This document shows positions 43,972 through 55,795 of a stretch of 64,000 nucleotides of DNA, one piece after another (positions within the stretch are counted from its first letter, which is position 1; the number at the start of each line of letters is the position of its first letter). Below the pieces are notes generated by a model that ran no database searches, was not told the DNA's origin, and saw only the letters and a program-made list of their open reading frames with translations. A program made the translations under genes and the position numbers. Source of the stretch: Eledone cirrhosa (taxonomy: Eukaryota); assembly GCA_964016885.1 (NCBI GenBank), contig OZ024740.1:217434001-217498000 (forward strand), read 5' to 3'.

Positions 43972-46069
43972 ATGGCTACGAAAAAGAAATTTCATACGTC
44001 ACTCCCACTCATTCCGTCTTCTTCTTCCTCAATCATCACTACAGCAGAGAGAAGATTGTCTCTCTCCCTCCCTTCTTTAAATGTGTCTCTCTCCCTCCCT
44101 TCTCTTTCGCAAGTGACGAAAGAAAAGAAAAGTCTCGTGCAAAGCGTGCAAGGTTTCTCCACGACGACGACGACAGCGACGAAACAGGTGTGCGGGAAAT
44201 ACGAAAACCCAGTTCATTCGTCTGACGTCAGGAATAATAGCAGTAGCAGCCGTAATAACAACAGCAACAGTGACAATGAAAACAACAGTAGCAGCCGCAA
44301 CAGCATCACCAGCAGCATAAACAACAACAGCATTAGCAGCAGCAACACCAACAACAACCACAGCAACAGCGGCGGAGGCAGTAGTCGTAGTACCTGCAGC
44401 AACAACAAAAGTACCAGCAGCTCTGACGACAACAACAACAGCAGAGAAAAACCAATCTCATTTGCAGGTATTGCGAAAAACTTGGAAACAATCCTCATAA
44501 CAAATGAGGAATTAGAGGAAGCGAAGAAGATGGTGACAAAGAACGGACACCGAGCAATCTGCAAGGCAGCGGAAAAATTTTTCGAAACCCAAGAGCACTG
44601 TACGGTCACGTACCGTACAGTAAGTACAAAATCCCGTAGGGTGGAAAGAGCCACAGAGGCCCAAATACAAAAAGCCTTGGGGTCTGTGTGGCAGCGGAAA
44701 ACGCACATCACCCGAGGCAAAAAATATGCCACCGTAGACGTACTTTTTGCCACACCCCAGGAGGCAAAGGCCCAATCAGTAGTGACCCTAAGGAGCGAGG
44801 AAATGGTGTTGGTGCCCTCCTACTGCGGGCAAAAAATTGTGAGGGTCAAACTGACCCACGTCCCCCCCCGGAATGATCCCTTCTTGGCTGGCCGCGTCTG
44901 TCCTCGTCGGAATCGAGGACAAAACAACTGTACTGCAAGTACAGAAAAAAGTAAGAGAAGATTGGGTCGGCTCCTCCATTGAGATGCTAATCCAAACCAA
45001 CCAGGAGTGCATCGAAGCTATCCCGGATGTGATAGACTTCGATAACGGCACTCAACTGCCCATAAGTGTTGAGGGCAAACGCCCGAAATGCTTTCGCTGT
45101 GGATCGAAGACTCACCTCAGGGCCTTCTGCAACGAGAAGACCCTGAGAAAGGAGAAACCCCCCCTCCTTCCGAATCCGGCTCCACGGCTACCAGCAACAG
45201 GACAAGCGGCAACCAGGAACGATAGGTCCGTGGCACCCATACCCACTCCACGGAAATCAAAAACAGCAGCAGCAGTGGAAATATTAACAACAACAACAGC
45301 AATACCAAATGCAGCTGCAACAGAGACTCCAGTGCAAACATCACCAACAACAACAAGTGAAAGAGTGGAGCTGGTACCCCTCCCCGACCTCACAGAATCA
45401 GACATGGAGTGTGAGGTGGGAGAGGGATGGCAAAAGGTCGCAAGAAGGCACAAACGCAGAAGCAGCGCATCGTCGCCTTTGAAAAGGGAGGAAAGAAATG
45501 AGAAAAGGGTAAAGTCTACTGCAAAGAGACCCACAGCAGCAACACCACCAACACCATCACCACCCACACCAGCACCACCATCACCACCGGCGACAACCCC
45601 ACCGCCAACAACACCTTCAACACCACCACCACAAGCACCAACATCGCAAACACAACAACAAAACACACACACCCAGCAACAACGACAAGAAAATAGCAGA
45701 ACCACACCCCACCCCCAGAAAAACAAATGCACGGCAATAAACACACACAACAAGAAACTAATGACTTACATAATTGAACACACAGACATTTCACAACAGG
45801 ACTACATAATACCAGCACCAATCAAAACGCCAACTAACATAAGACTGCTAAAAATAGCACAGAAACAATACACAAACATTAAAACGAAATTCCCCAACGC
45901 AGTTGGTGATTTCAGGGACCTAGGAGGAACCATCAATCGAAGAGTATATTCAGACATTCTCTTAGAAGAGCCGACGACCAGCCGAAGGGACGATTCAACG
46001 GTCCCTTCACCAGACGATCAAGTGAAAAGGGATGTAAAAACCATCCCTCCTCTACCAAAAGTACGGTAA
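43972..46069 (+). CDS. Tx1 ORF1 (Gag-like, CCHC zinc knuckle), one frameshift in a C8 run (44862-44869)
   Basis: ORFs 43972-44982 and 44873-46069 join if one C is removed. CFRCGSKTHLRAFC; N/S-rich and P/T-rich low-complexity linkers. Confidence 0.85.
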
Positions 46070-46104
46070 GTGGTCTTTCCCATCTTTTCCACTCTATTTT
46101 AAAC

Positions 46105-49100
46105 ATGACCTCACTCAGAATAGGCAGCATAAATGCGCGTGGCTTGGGGTTGTCATGGAAGCAGGGTCACCTGCTCAACGACCTCAGGTCACTAAACATA
46201 GATGTAGTGGCCATCAGCGAGACCAGAATCTCCGAAGCACGGGCCTTCGCACCCATCTTCGGCGGCTACGATGTGTACGCATCTCCCAGCCGTCCTGGAT
46301 CGGGTGGAGGAGTTGCTGTGCTTTTTCGGAGAGGTTTGGATCTCGCCATACGGGCCATCTTCCTGGACCCAGAGGGTAAGCTGGTGGTGCTGGACGTGAC
46401 CAGCGGAGACGGGCAAGCTTTCAGGCTAGTGGCCGTCTATGCCCCGACAGGAGCAGGGCGGCCTGATTTCTTCCGGCGTCTGGAGACCTTTCTTGGAACG
46501 TCCCGCTCTTTAGTGTTAGTGGGCGACTGGAACGGGATCTTAGATGCACGCTGGGACTGTGTGGGATTAGTGGATAGGGGTGGGGGGTGCAAGAGCCTCA
46601 CCAACCAGCTCAGGCGTTTTGAACTGTCTGACAGGTACCGATTGGATTTCCCGAATGTGCCAATGTGGACTTGGACAAACCGCATAGGGTCATCCAGATC
46701 ATATCTAGATAGACTATTTTGTAGGGAAATAGATAGGTCTAGCATAGGCTGTCCACAATTCAAGATAGTCAGCTACACGGACCACAAATTCGTGACCTGT
46801 GTGCTTGACTTAGATAGGCTTCATAGACGAGGACCCGGCTACTGGAAGCTAAACGCGTCCTTACCAGCGCGCAAGGCCTACAGAGACCGGATTAGCGAAC
46901 TAGTTAAGCGGGCGTTGACGGGGGCCATCGTCAACAACAAGTGGTGGTTTGCTCTGAAAAGAGCGATTAGAATAGAATCGATTAGGTTTAGTAAGGCTTT
47001 AGCAACAGAGAAAAATAGAGCAGAGGGAGAACTAGTTAGAAAATTAGACGAGGCGCTTAGCAAAGGCATTGCGACCGACGTGCTTGCGGCGAAATTGGCC
47101 CTTGACCAATTCTTCAATGCAAAGCACGAAGGCTGCGTTGTCAGAGCTAGGGTGCGTGCTCTCAGACACGAGGGGACGAAAGCCGTTCAATGGGCCCGAG
47201 TGGCGGAGGCGCGTCGTGGCAACAAAGCCACGATCCGGTCTTTGGTGGACCACGACGGGCGCATGCTACTCGATCCCGGGCAAATGTGTGAAGCTTTTCA
47301 GCGACACTTCGCTCAGCTGTTCGGGGGCAGCGGGGGGGGGGGGTAGAGTGATGGACTTTAGTGTCTACCTCGACGGACTGCCGCGGCTCTCAGCCACTGA
47401 GGCGAAGTGTTGCGAAAAGCCGATAACAGCCGCTGAAGTAAGGGAGGCAATGACTGGCTGCACAAGGGGTAAATCGCCTGGTTTGGATGGTCTGCCCTAT
47501 GAACTTTACGTACAGATGCCAGACTTGTTCGGAGGCCTCTTGGCGGACGTCTACTGCAACTGGCAACAGAACGGGAGAATTCCCAGTTCTGTGAGCCGAG
47601 GAGCGGTGGCACTGCTGAGAAAGGATCCGAACAAGGGGGATAACATAGAAAATTTCCGGCCCATAACTCTGCTAAACACAGAGTTTAAGATTTTGGCCAA
47701 GGTGCTAGCAAAGAGGTTGGCGCTTGTCGTTGGTGGTCTGGTGGGAGAGGCGCAGACATGCGCCATTCCCGACAGATCCATCCACGACAACCTCCACCTC
47801 ATGCGATACATCGTAGAGAGGGTAGCTAGGGAACCTGGCACGGGTGGGTCCTTGATCAATTTAGATCAGTCGAAAGCTTTCGATAGGGTCGACCATCGTT
47901 ACCTAGCGGCAGTCCTGAGGGCGGCTGGCTTTGGGCCCGTCTTCAGAGGCTGGATCGCTGCCATGCACAGCGACATCTGCTCTGTGGTGAGAGTGAACGG
48001 TCACCTGTCGGAACCGTTCAACATCATGCGCTCGGTCCGCCAAGGATGTCCCCTCTCGTCCCTCTTGTACGTATTGACTCTCGAGCCATTACTGCACAAA
48101 CTGGAGACGTTGAGGGGAGTCCCGCGCGAACTAGGATGCGGAAGATCCGTGTCAGCATATGCGGACGATGTCACCGTAGTGGTGTCGAACGCCAAACACA
48201 TCGAGGCGATCGGCACTACACTAAGAGAATACGAAGCGGTAACAGGAGCAATAATCAACCAGGAAAAGTCAGTGGGCCTGCAGCTCGGCACCTGGAGAGG
48301 CAGGTCCATGCCATCCAACAGCGTCGTCGGGCGCTGGACGGACGGACCGGTTAAATTGCTAGGGGTCTGGTTCGGTCCGGACCTCCAGACGGACAAAAAC
48401 TGGGACGAGGTGACGAGCAGGGTGGCTTCTCTCACCCAGAAATGGGCGGAGAGGAAGCTATCCCTGAAAGGTCGAGCGGAGGTGGCTAACGCGTACATCG
48501 CGTCTGTCATCTGCTACCGCCTAACCGTCGTACCTTGTCCTAAGCCTCGCCTGACTGCACTGGAGCGTTTGCTCTTTCGCTTTTTGTGGAAGGGACGTGC
48601 TCCGATGGTCAGGCGGTCCATCTGTTGTCAACACCCGCTACGTGGAGGGCTGGGCATGCCGTGGCTGATGATGCGCAGGCACGCGCTCAGGCTACGACAT
48701 CTCCACCTCTTCCTCGACGGTGATCAGGTGTGGTCGCCGTTTGCTAGACGCGTTTTTCCCCAGCTCGTTTCCTTGACGGAGCTGCAGTCCTGGGTCAAGC
48801 GAAGACCGAGAGGGAGCGCCTGGAGTCTGGAATGTCTTCAGGCGCTCACAGCCCTCGACCAATCGGGCAATGTGATCGGTGGAAACTCCACCTCGGCGTT
48901 CTATAGAGGATTAGTGGAGGGGAAGAGCGACGACGTACTTGGGGAAACTCTAGGCGTCGACGAAAATCAACTAGCCAATCTCTTCGGAAGGACTTTCGGG
49001 CCAGGGCCTATGGACAACTTCCAGAAATCTCTGGCCTGGCAGTGCTACCGAGGAGCCTTGCCAGTTCGGGATAAACTCTACAGGCATGGAGGTGCCGTCA

Positions 49101-49525
49101 GCCGGGCATGTCCGAGATGCGCGCAGGGCGACGAAACCGTCCTGCACGCACTCGTCCAGTGTCCGAAAATTGCTGACTTGTGGGTTTATGTCGAACACCT
49201 GCTGTCGCGTTTAGGACGGATCCAGCTATCATCTGAGTCCATCGTGAGGATTGCCCCGCCCTCCTCCTTTAGCCGGGAAGGGCAGGCAGTTTTTATCTGT
49301 CTGGTGGCCATGGCGAAAGAGATAGTATGGTGGACACGTTTGAAAGGGCTGAAGACAAGCACTTACCTCTTCGGTGATGCTCTGATTGACTTTTTCAAAT
49401 TTCATTTGAAAAGGAAAATCAGAGTAGAGAGGGAAGTGCTCTCTTCCCAGCATTTTGTTGAAAGATGGGTGAGAGAAGCAAGAATGGCCCGAGTGAATGG
49501 GCCTACTCTGAGTATATATCTGTAA
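46105..49525 (+). CDS. Tx1 ORF2 (APE endonuclease, RT, C-terminal CCHC), one frameshift in a G12 run (47332-47343)
   Basis: APE motifs SINARGL, SET, GDWN, SYLD, TDH. RT motifs KSPGLDGLP, FRPITLLN, DQSKAFDRV, VRQGCPLS, YADD. CPRC...ETVLHALVQC. Confidence 0.9.
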
Positions 49526-49784
49526 ATTAAAGGTGGAAAACTGGGAGAGGGCACTTGCCTTGGTGGTCAGGGTCATTGTGGCTTTTTACTGGGCTTTCTC
49601 CACAAATGTCCCTCCGAAGTCTCCCCCCTATTGGGGAATTTTTCATTGTTATTTTCATTGTTATTTTTGTTACATCCTCTGTTTTTGTTTTTTACACGCA
49701 GAAATGCCCATTTGTACCGTCCTGCATTGTCCTGCACTGTCCTTAATGTCTACTTTATGTAAACCCTTGTGGTTAATAAAGAAA

Positions 49785-49826
<42 letters not shown>

Positions 49827-49929
49827 CTGGAGGAAGAGTCCTCAAACACTCGTTCCAGCAGGTTCTGTTAGAAGCACCCTACTCCAGCTGATCCGGCGCA
49901 TGGTTGTTATCTTCAATTCAGTATTCATG

Positions 49930-50340
49930 CCAACCCTTACCTATTGTCATGAATCTTGTGTAATGACCGAAAGAATACGATCACTAATACAACGGCCCAA
50001 ACGGGATTCCTCCAATAGATCTTCGGAGTAACGTTACTCGATAGAGTGCATAGCTTGGAGATCAGAGCTTCACTCCAGGCAGAGCCGCTACTTCTCCTAA
50101 TTTATCACAGCTCTGATACTATGGACATGTGGTTACAATGTCTCAAGGAAGAATCGCTGGACAGATTTTACGGGAAAAAATCAACCGGCAGTAGACCCAG
50201 GGGTAGACCCAAGCAAGATAGTTGGATAACATCCAAGAGCTTGGCTAGTCTCGCTTGGAGATCCAGCCGGATCAGTTGGAAACGGTTGCTTCCAACAGCA
50301 CCCGCTGGAATGAGTGTTTGAGGACTCAGCTCCCACCAGC
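49930..50340 (+). mobile_element. Degenerate RTE-like LINE 3' fragment
   Basis: Fragments GVTLLDRV.SLEIRASLQAEPLLL, GHV and TGSRPRGRP across frames, typical of the RTE C-terminus. Confidence 0.6.
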
Positions 50341-50509
50341 CTCTTTCTTGATACTTGTACATTATTCTATGTACTAAACATGCACCTTTGATGAGTTGTG
50401 GTACACCTGAGCACTGTACACAATAATTTCATTATTATTTTAATATTACATTAAAATAATAATGAAATTATTGTGTACAGTAATTTCATTATTATTTTAA
50501 TATTACATT

Positions 50510-50693
50510 GGCGGTGGATTGGCAGTATCGGTAGAGAGTCGGACGCCATGCTTTCCAACATAGTTACGTCTCTTTACGATCCGAGTTCAAATCCCGCCGA
50601 GGTTGACTTTGCCTTTCATCCTTACGGGGTCGATAAAATAAAGTACTAGTAAGGCACTGGGTAATTGCTGGCCTTGTGCCTAAAGTAGAAACA
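50510..50693 (+). mobile_element. Full-length tRNA-derived SINE with a 19-bp TSD
   Basis: A-box-like TGGCAGTATCGG and B-box GAGTTCAAATCC. TSD ATTATTTTAATATTACATT at 50491-50509 and 50694-50712. Further fragments at 32757, ~42890 and 52240. Confidence 0.88.
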
Positions 50694-51169
50694 ATTATTT
50701 TAATATTACATTCCTAACAAATTCACGATCGAAACGCCCTTCAGGGGTGTCCGACCCTTAAAAATCAACAAAGGTGATACCTGTGGTAGTGCAGTTTGAG
50801 AGGAACTTGTGTGTGAACTTGCTGGAAGTAACGGGCATGTTTTGATCTTGTTAGATCTCATCAGCGAAGAATATTCACTTTGCAAATTGGCCTAATAAAG
50901 ATATAGGTAAAGAGTAATATTTTGGTAAGCTAATGAAGGAGATTCTACGTGGTCGTTAAACAACTAGAAATAGCAGCTAAATTTCCTTCAATTCTCATGC
51001 TACTGTCGTAAAAGAAGACACATTATATAATGTAGTTTTAAATACAATACTCCGAAAACAAAGAAAGAAAAAAAGTAGGATGATCACCGCTAGGAATACC
51101 TGTGAATATCGGTCTGTTGGACCAGGGGTTGTCTTAGAGCTAAACAGTAACATTGGCGACAACAATTCC

Positions 51170-51177
51170 TACTACTG

Positions 51178-51257
<80 letters not shown>

Positions 51258-51272
51258 TCTACAACAACAACA

Positions 51273-51312
<40 letters not shown>

Positions 51313-51340
51313 TCACCACCACCGCCACTACCATCACCAC
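51170..51340. repeat. Compound trinucleotide microsatellite (CTA)n(CTG)n(CAA)n(CTA)n(CAC)n
   Basis: Directly visible. Confidence 0.95.
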
Positions 51341-51769
51341 TGTTGGTTTGAGAGCAGAGGAAATCTCATAAGGACCTGCAGAACCCTACTTTAGATAAGA
51401 CTTAAATATAACTCCTCAAGATTAGGGAAGGAAAATATCTTTTAAATGTCGCTTTTAATAATTCTTATTTGTTAAAAGGAAATTTCGGTACCAAGGTCAT
51501 TAAATATCCATTTATCAGAATTCGTACATTGCTTAATTAGACCTGGATAACTAGTAGAATGTAATTTCTATTTTATCATTTATACTCCTCTGCTAACCAG
51601 TAAATTTCAAAATGGCGTCACAATGATTTGCTAACAATGATTTGCAGCCATACCAAATATAAATTGACAGACTTATACAGACTGTTCGTCTCGCTGGTGT
51701 GTGCACAATTGCATCAAACTTTTACGCATCAATGCTCACACACACACACACACACACCTCACACACACA

Positions 51770-51889
<120 letters not shown>

Positions 51890-52079
51890 CACACATCACA
51901 AACACGTATACATACGTATATTCTGTGCCTAAATAATTTTTTGCTGTTCATCAAAACATACACACAGGCACGCTTATCCCAATAACAGCATTGTACATTC
52001 ACTGTTTCATAGACACATTGGCTTTTCACGGTGTCACTTCTACCGCCACATGAACTATGTGTCTTTAGGTAATGGTAGA

Positions 52080-52670
52080 AGTCAAAATTCGTTTACTGAA
52101 CACACTTGAGTGGTCAATGCTTCTTTACGGCTGCGAATGGTGGACTTTCACGAATCAGACCCAGAGATAACTCGAGTCTACTGAGATCTATTTCTATCGC
52201 AGAATAATCAGGCCCTCGTACGTCGACTGGATAAATAATTGTTTCTACTTTTGGCACAAGGCCAGCAATTATCCAGTACATTACTGGTACTTTATTGACC
52301 CCGTAAGGAGGAAAGGCAAAGTTAACTTCGGCTGGATTTAAACTCAGAATGGATAAATAATGAAGAGATTTTGAAGTCAGTGCGGACGGAACGTGAGATA
52401 CTGCTCACTATTAAAAAGAGACAACTAATGTTCCTCGGACATGTCATCAGGAATGGCATGATGGAAAACTTTTCCACTAGCGGAAACATTCCTGGGAAGT
52501 GTGCCAGAGGTCGTCAAAGGAGGTCGTTTTGTGACGATTTCAACATCAAAGCCACAGAAGTAAGGGATCTCGCCCGAGATCGAACACCATGGAATGCCAT
52601 TATTGGTCAAACACTGAAACAGTGATGGCACAAGAAGAAGAAGAAGAAGAAGAAGAAGAAGAAGAAGAAG

Positions 52671-52699
<29 letters not shown>
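52080..52699 (+). mobile_element. RTE-like LINE 3' fragment with an (AAG)n tail, interrupted by a SINE (52240-52349, -) with a 12-bp TSD
   Basis: LLYGCEWW, IKKRQLMFLGHVIR, GKCARGRQR, ARDRTPW. TSD TGGATAAATAAT at 52228-52239 and 52350-52361. Confidence 0.8.
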
Positions 52700-52701
<2 letters not shown>

Positions 52702-52858
52702 CCCTATCACTTCTATCGCTACATGAACGATCTATCTTTTTGTAGTTGTAGAACACCCTGTCGCTTCTATCGCTAGATGAACGACCTATATTTATGTACT
52801 GGTAGAAGTCCCTATCACTTCTATCGCTACATGAACGATGTATCTTTACTGGTAGAAG
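52696..52858. repeat. Minisatellite, ~3 x 54 bp
   Basis: GAAGTCCCTATCACTTCTATCGCTACATGAACGA recurs at ~52696, ~52750 (variant) and ~52805. Confidence 0.85.
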
Positions 52859-53225
52859 TGACAGCATCCATATGAATACCATTTGTCTCTTACTTCTTTT
52901 GATATGCTTCATGTTCAACAGAAACTTATGACAAATAACTGAATCATAATTTACAGCAGTGTCAAATAATATTTAAAAGAACATTTCTTTCTAGAAGACA
53001 ATTCGAGATGAAATTTATAACCAGATATTTTCTTAGAGTTTCGAGTGTTCGAGTGACATTTTAATGTTTCATAAGAGTTTCTGAGAAAATCTACAAGAAT
53101 TTTTTCGAAACCTAACTAAAGAAATTACCCTTTAGTCATTAAAATTTACATTGACAATCTCTCTCTCTTTCTCTACCTGTCTCACTCTCTCTTTATCTCT
53201 CTCTTTCAATTTCTGTCTCTCAGTT

Positions 53226-53282
<57 letters not shown>

Positions 53283-53422
53283 CGTCTGTGTATTAGTAGA
53301 GTGTAAACATCAATATATATATCTATATATCCAGGGAGTGTAACTTGGAGTTACTGTAGGTTCACCCGGGTGAGCACTCAATGTTGAGGTTCACTTCAGT
53401 GTCGAAGTGTAGAGCTTGACAC

Positions 53423-53634
53423 AGTGTATTATAGTGAAATAGATTTTAGTTACTATGGAGAATTTTATAAAAATAACAAAATAAGATGCTGAGGTTACAT
53501 ATATCGTTTAATCATTATACTTATTTCCACTGTTCACCATGCAATCGAGATGCCCTTCATACATTTGCTGTTGCTATGAGAACAGTATCCTCAGATGAAT
53601 AACCGATATGTTTGATATGTCGCTTGCAGGTAAA

Positions 53635-53672
<38 letters not shown>

Positions 53673-53885
53673 CGTATATCTAGCTTAATAAAGAAATGGC
53701 TTCTATATATACATGCGCGCGTGTGCGTATTAGTAGAGTGTAAATATCAAGATTAATATAGAAATGGCTTCTACAGGACTAGAACTGTTTCAATCAGAAG
53801 AAATCATCAGGCTTTATTGAGGATTCAATTTGAATGCAACAGTTCTACTCCTGTAGAAGCCATTTCTATATTAAGCTTGATATAC

Positions 53886-53924
<39 letters not shown>

Positions 53925-54212
53925 CAAACACGACCGCGGGCAAACCCTTCAAGGAACTCATATGTCTGCTAGGCGCACGAGCAATAGGACGTGTGTTTTA
54001 CCTGCCAGCGACATATCAAACATACATATCGGTTATTCATCTGAGGATACTGTTCTCATAGCAACAGCAAATGCATGAAGGGCATCTCGATTGCATGGTG
54101 AACAGTGGAAATAAGTATAATGATTAAACGATATATGTAACCTCAGCATCTTATTTTGTTATTTTTATAAAATTCTCCATAGTAACTAAAATCTATTTCA
54201 CTATAATACACT
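53423..54212. repeat. Inverted repeat with ~215-bp arms (~53423-53635 / ~53996-54212) and a nested ~45-bp inverted repeat (~53745-53790 / ~53838-53884)
   Basis: The arms are reverse complements (AGTGTATTATAGTGAAATAG... / ...CTATTTCACTATAATACACT); (TA)n runs in the spacer. Confidence 0.88.
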
Positions 54213-54272
54213 ATATAATACACTATAATGCAATATATTAATAAATTGAAACTATATTTATAAAACCATAAT

Positions 54273-54338
54273 TATTTTATTATATATATTTCAAGGGCAA
54301 CCAAGGCAAATTTTGGTGCGCTTTCATCAGATAAAATA
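54273..54338 (-). ncRNA. Type-I hammerhead ribozyme
   Basis: Minus strand: TATTTTAT-CTGATGA-AAGCGCACCAA-aatttgcc-TTGGTTGCCCTT-GAAA-TATATA-TA-ATAAAATA. Perfect 8-bp stem I, long stem II, palindromic stem III, AUA triplet. Confidence 0.75.
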
Positions 54339-54888
54339 CAAAATTTGTTTTATAAATGTTGACATACCCGTAGAAAAAGGTTCTCTGTATAGTGGAAATT
54401 TTTTTTTTTATTTAGGGTAATTCAAAGTTATGTGTGAGTATGCGAATGAATGTCAGAAAGATTTGAAAAAACAACGGTTTATTTAAATTATACTGTTGGA
54501 AGAATAGAGAGAAAAAACAGAGAAAAAGAGAAAGAGAGAAGAAAAAAAAGAGAAGAAAAAAGTAAATATATTTTCCATTTATTAATATATTGAATAAAAA
54601 CAAATAACGAAACGAAATTAAATTTCGTTTCGTTTGTAACTCACTTTTGTATGACTGACGCTTAAACAATTAAGTTAAAAATGTACATCCACATATGTAT
54701 ACTGAAATACTAGTATGCATATGAATACACACACGTATACATATGTAGATGTACCGAGTTTTTCACTGGTCACTTTACTGTGAGTGTCCAGCTATTCTGT
54801 ATGTAAACACACAGACAAACCGGTTTTTAGAGTCATACTGGTTTTTGAGGAAACACCTTTCCTCTATTCTTCAGAAAGCCAGACAAGG

Positions 54889-54933
54889 AATATTGAACTA
54901 GTTTCGATGTTGTTACATCTCATCAGCAATATT
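54889..54933 (-). ncRNA. Minimal type-I hammerhead ribozyme (inverted copy of 55291-55335)
   Basis: Reverse complement of 55291-55335. Confidence 0.72.
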
Positions 54934-55290
54934 TACCTATCTTCCGGCCTCTCTAGAGAATCGTAAAAGCACATATCGTTATATGCTTTTTCTATGAAAA
55001 TTAGTAGTGGGCAGACTAATTTGCATAGAGCATGAGTACGTACCGGTTCAACGGAGACGATAAAAACAAATAACGAAACGAAATTAAATTGTTTAAGCGT
55101 CAGTCATACAAAAGTGAGTTACAAACGAAACGAAATTTAATTTCGTTTCGTTATTTGTTTTTATCGTCTCCGTTGAACCGGTACGTACTCATGCTCTATG
55201 CAAATTAGTCTGCCCACTACTAATTTTCATAGAAAAAGCATATAACGATATGTGCTTTTACGATTCTCTAGAGAGGCCGGAAGATAGGTA

Positions 55291-55335
55291 AATATTGCTG
55301 ATGAGATGTAACAACATCGAAACTAGTTCAATATT
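55291..55335 (+). ncRNA. Minimal type-I hammerhead ribozyme
   Basis: AATATTG-CTGATGA-GATGT-aaca-ACATC-GAAA-CTAG-TT-CAATATT. 7-bp stem I, 5-bp stem II, palindromic ACTAGT stem III, GUU triplet. Confidence 0.75.
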
Positions 55336-55652
55336 CCTTGTCTGGCTTTCTGAAGAATAGAGGAAAGGTGTTTCCTCAAAGACCAGTATGACTCTAAAAA
55401 CCGGTTTGTCTGTGTGTTTACATACAGAATAGCTGGACACTCACAGTAAAGTGACCAGTGAAAAACTCGGTACATCTACATATGTATACGTGTGTGTATT
55501 CATATGCATACTAGTATTTCAGTATACATATGTGGATGTACATTTTTAACTTAATAATATATTGAATATTTACTCCAGTAAACTGTTGAGTGCTTCATAT
55601 CAGTTATAAAACTTTTAAGCTTGTTGAATCGCAACAGATTAAATATAACATT

Positions 55653-55701
<49 letters not shown>

Positions 55702-55795
55702 GTGTAACACTGGAAGGTAATATCCGTAGTGATAGAGCACTCAGTCCAAGGGACGAGTTAGGTAGAAGTGGTTACACAACAGCTAGTTCACCATA

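Larger units (their letters stand above)
43757..49825 (+). mobile_element. Full-length Tx1/L1-clade LINE (~6 kb) inserted in (TTA)n
   Basis: (TTA)n at ~43739-43756 and 49787-49825; ORF1 plus ORF2; AATAAA at 49775. Confidence 0.93.
54594..55553. repeat. Compound inverted duplication with ~420-bp arms (~54670-55090 / ~55134-55553), each holding a hammerhead
   Basis: Identical spurious ORFs on opposite strands (54784-54966 +, 55258-55440 -). The centre (55088-55163) is the reverse complement of 54594-54670. Confidence 0.92.

Noticed and set aside
50510-50600. tRNA gene
   Set aside because: A and B boxes are present but there is no cloverleaf; it has a TSD and multiple truncated copies, so it is a SINE.
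51080-51394. Poly-Y/C/H or poly-T/A ORFs
   Set aside because: Compound trinucleotide microsatellite.
52696-52858. CRISPR-like repeat array
   Set aside because: Eukaryotic context, the segments between repeats are similar to each other rather than unique, and there are no cas genes; a minisatellite.
53778-53815. Hammerhead on the minus strand (CTGATGA...GAAAC...GTC)
   Set aside because: Core words are present but stem I does not pair and stem II is weak; at most a decayed relic.
54036-54080. Hammerhead in the 53.4-54.2 kb inverted repeat (TTCAT-CTGAGGA...ATGAA)
   Set aside because: Stems I and II are plausible, but GAAA and stem III are missing in both arms; not called as a feature.
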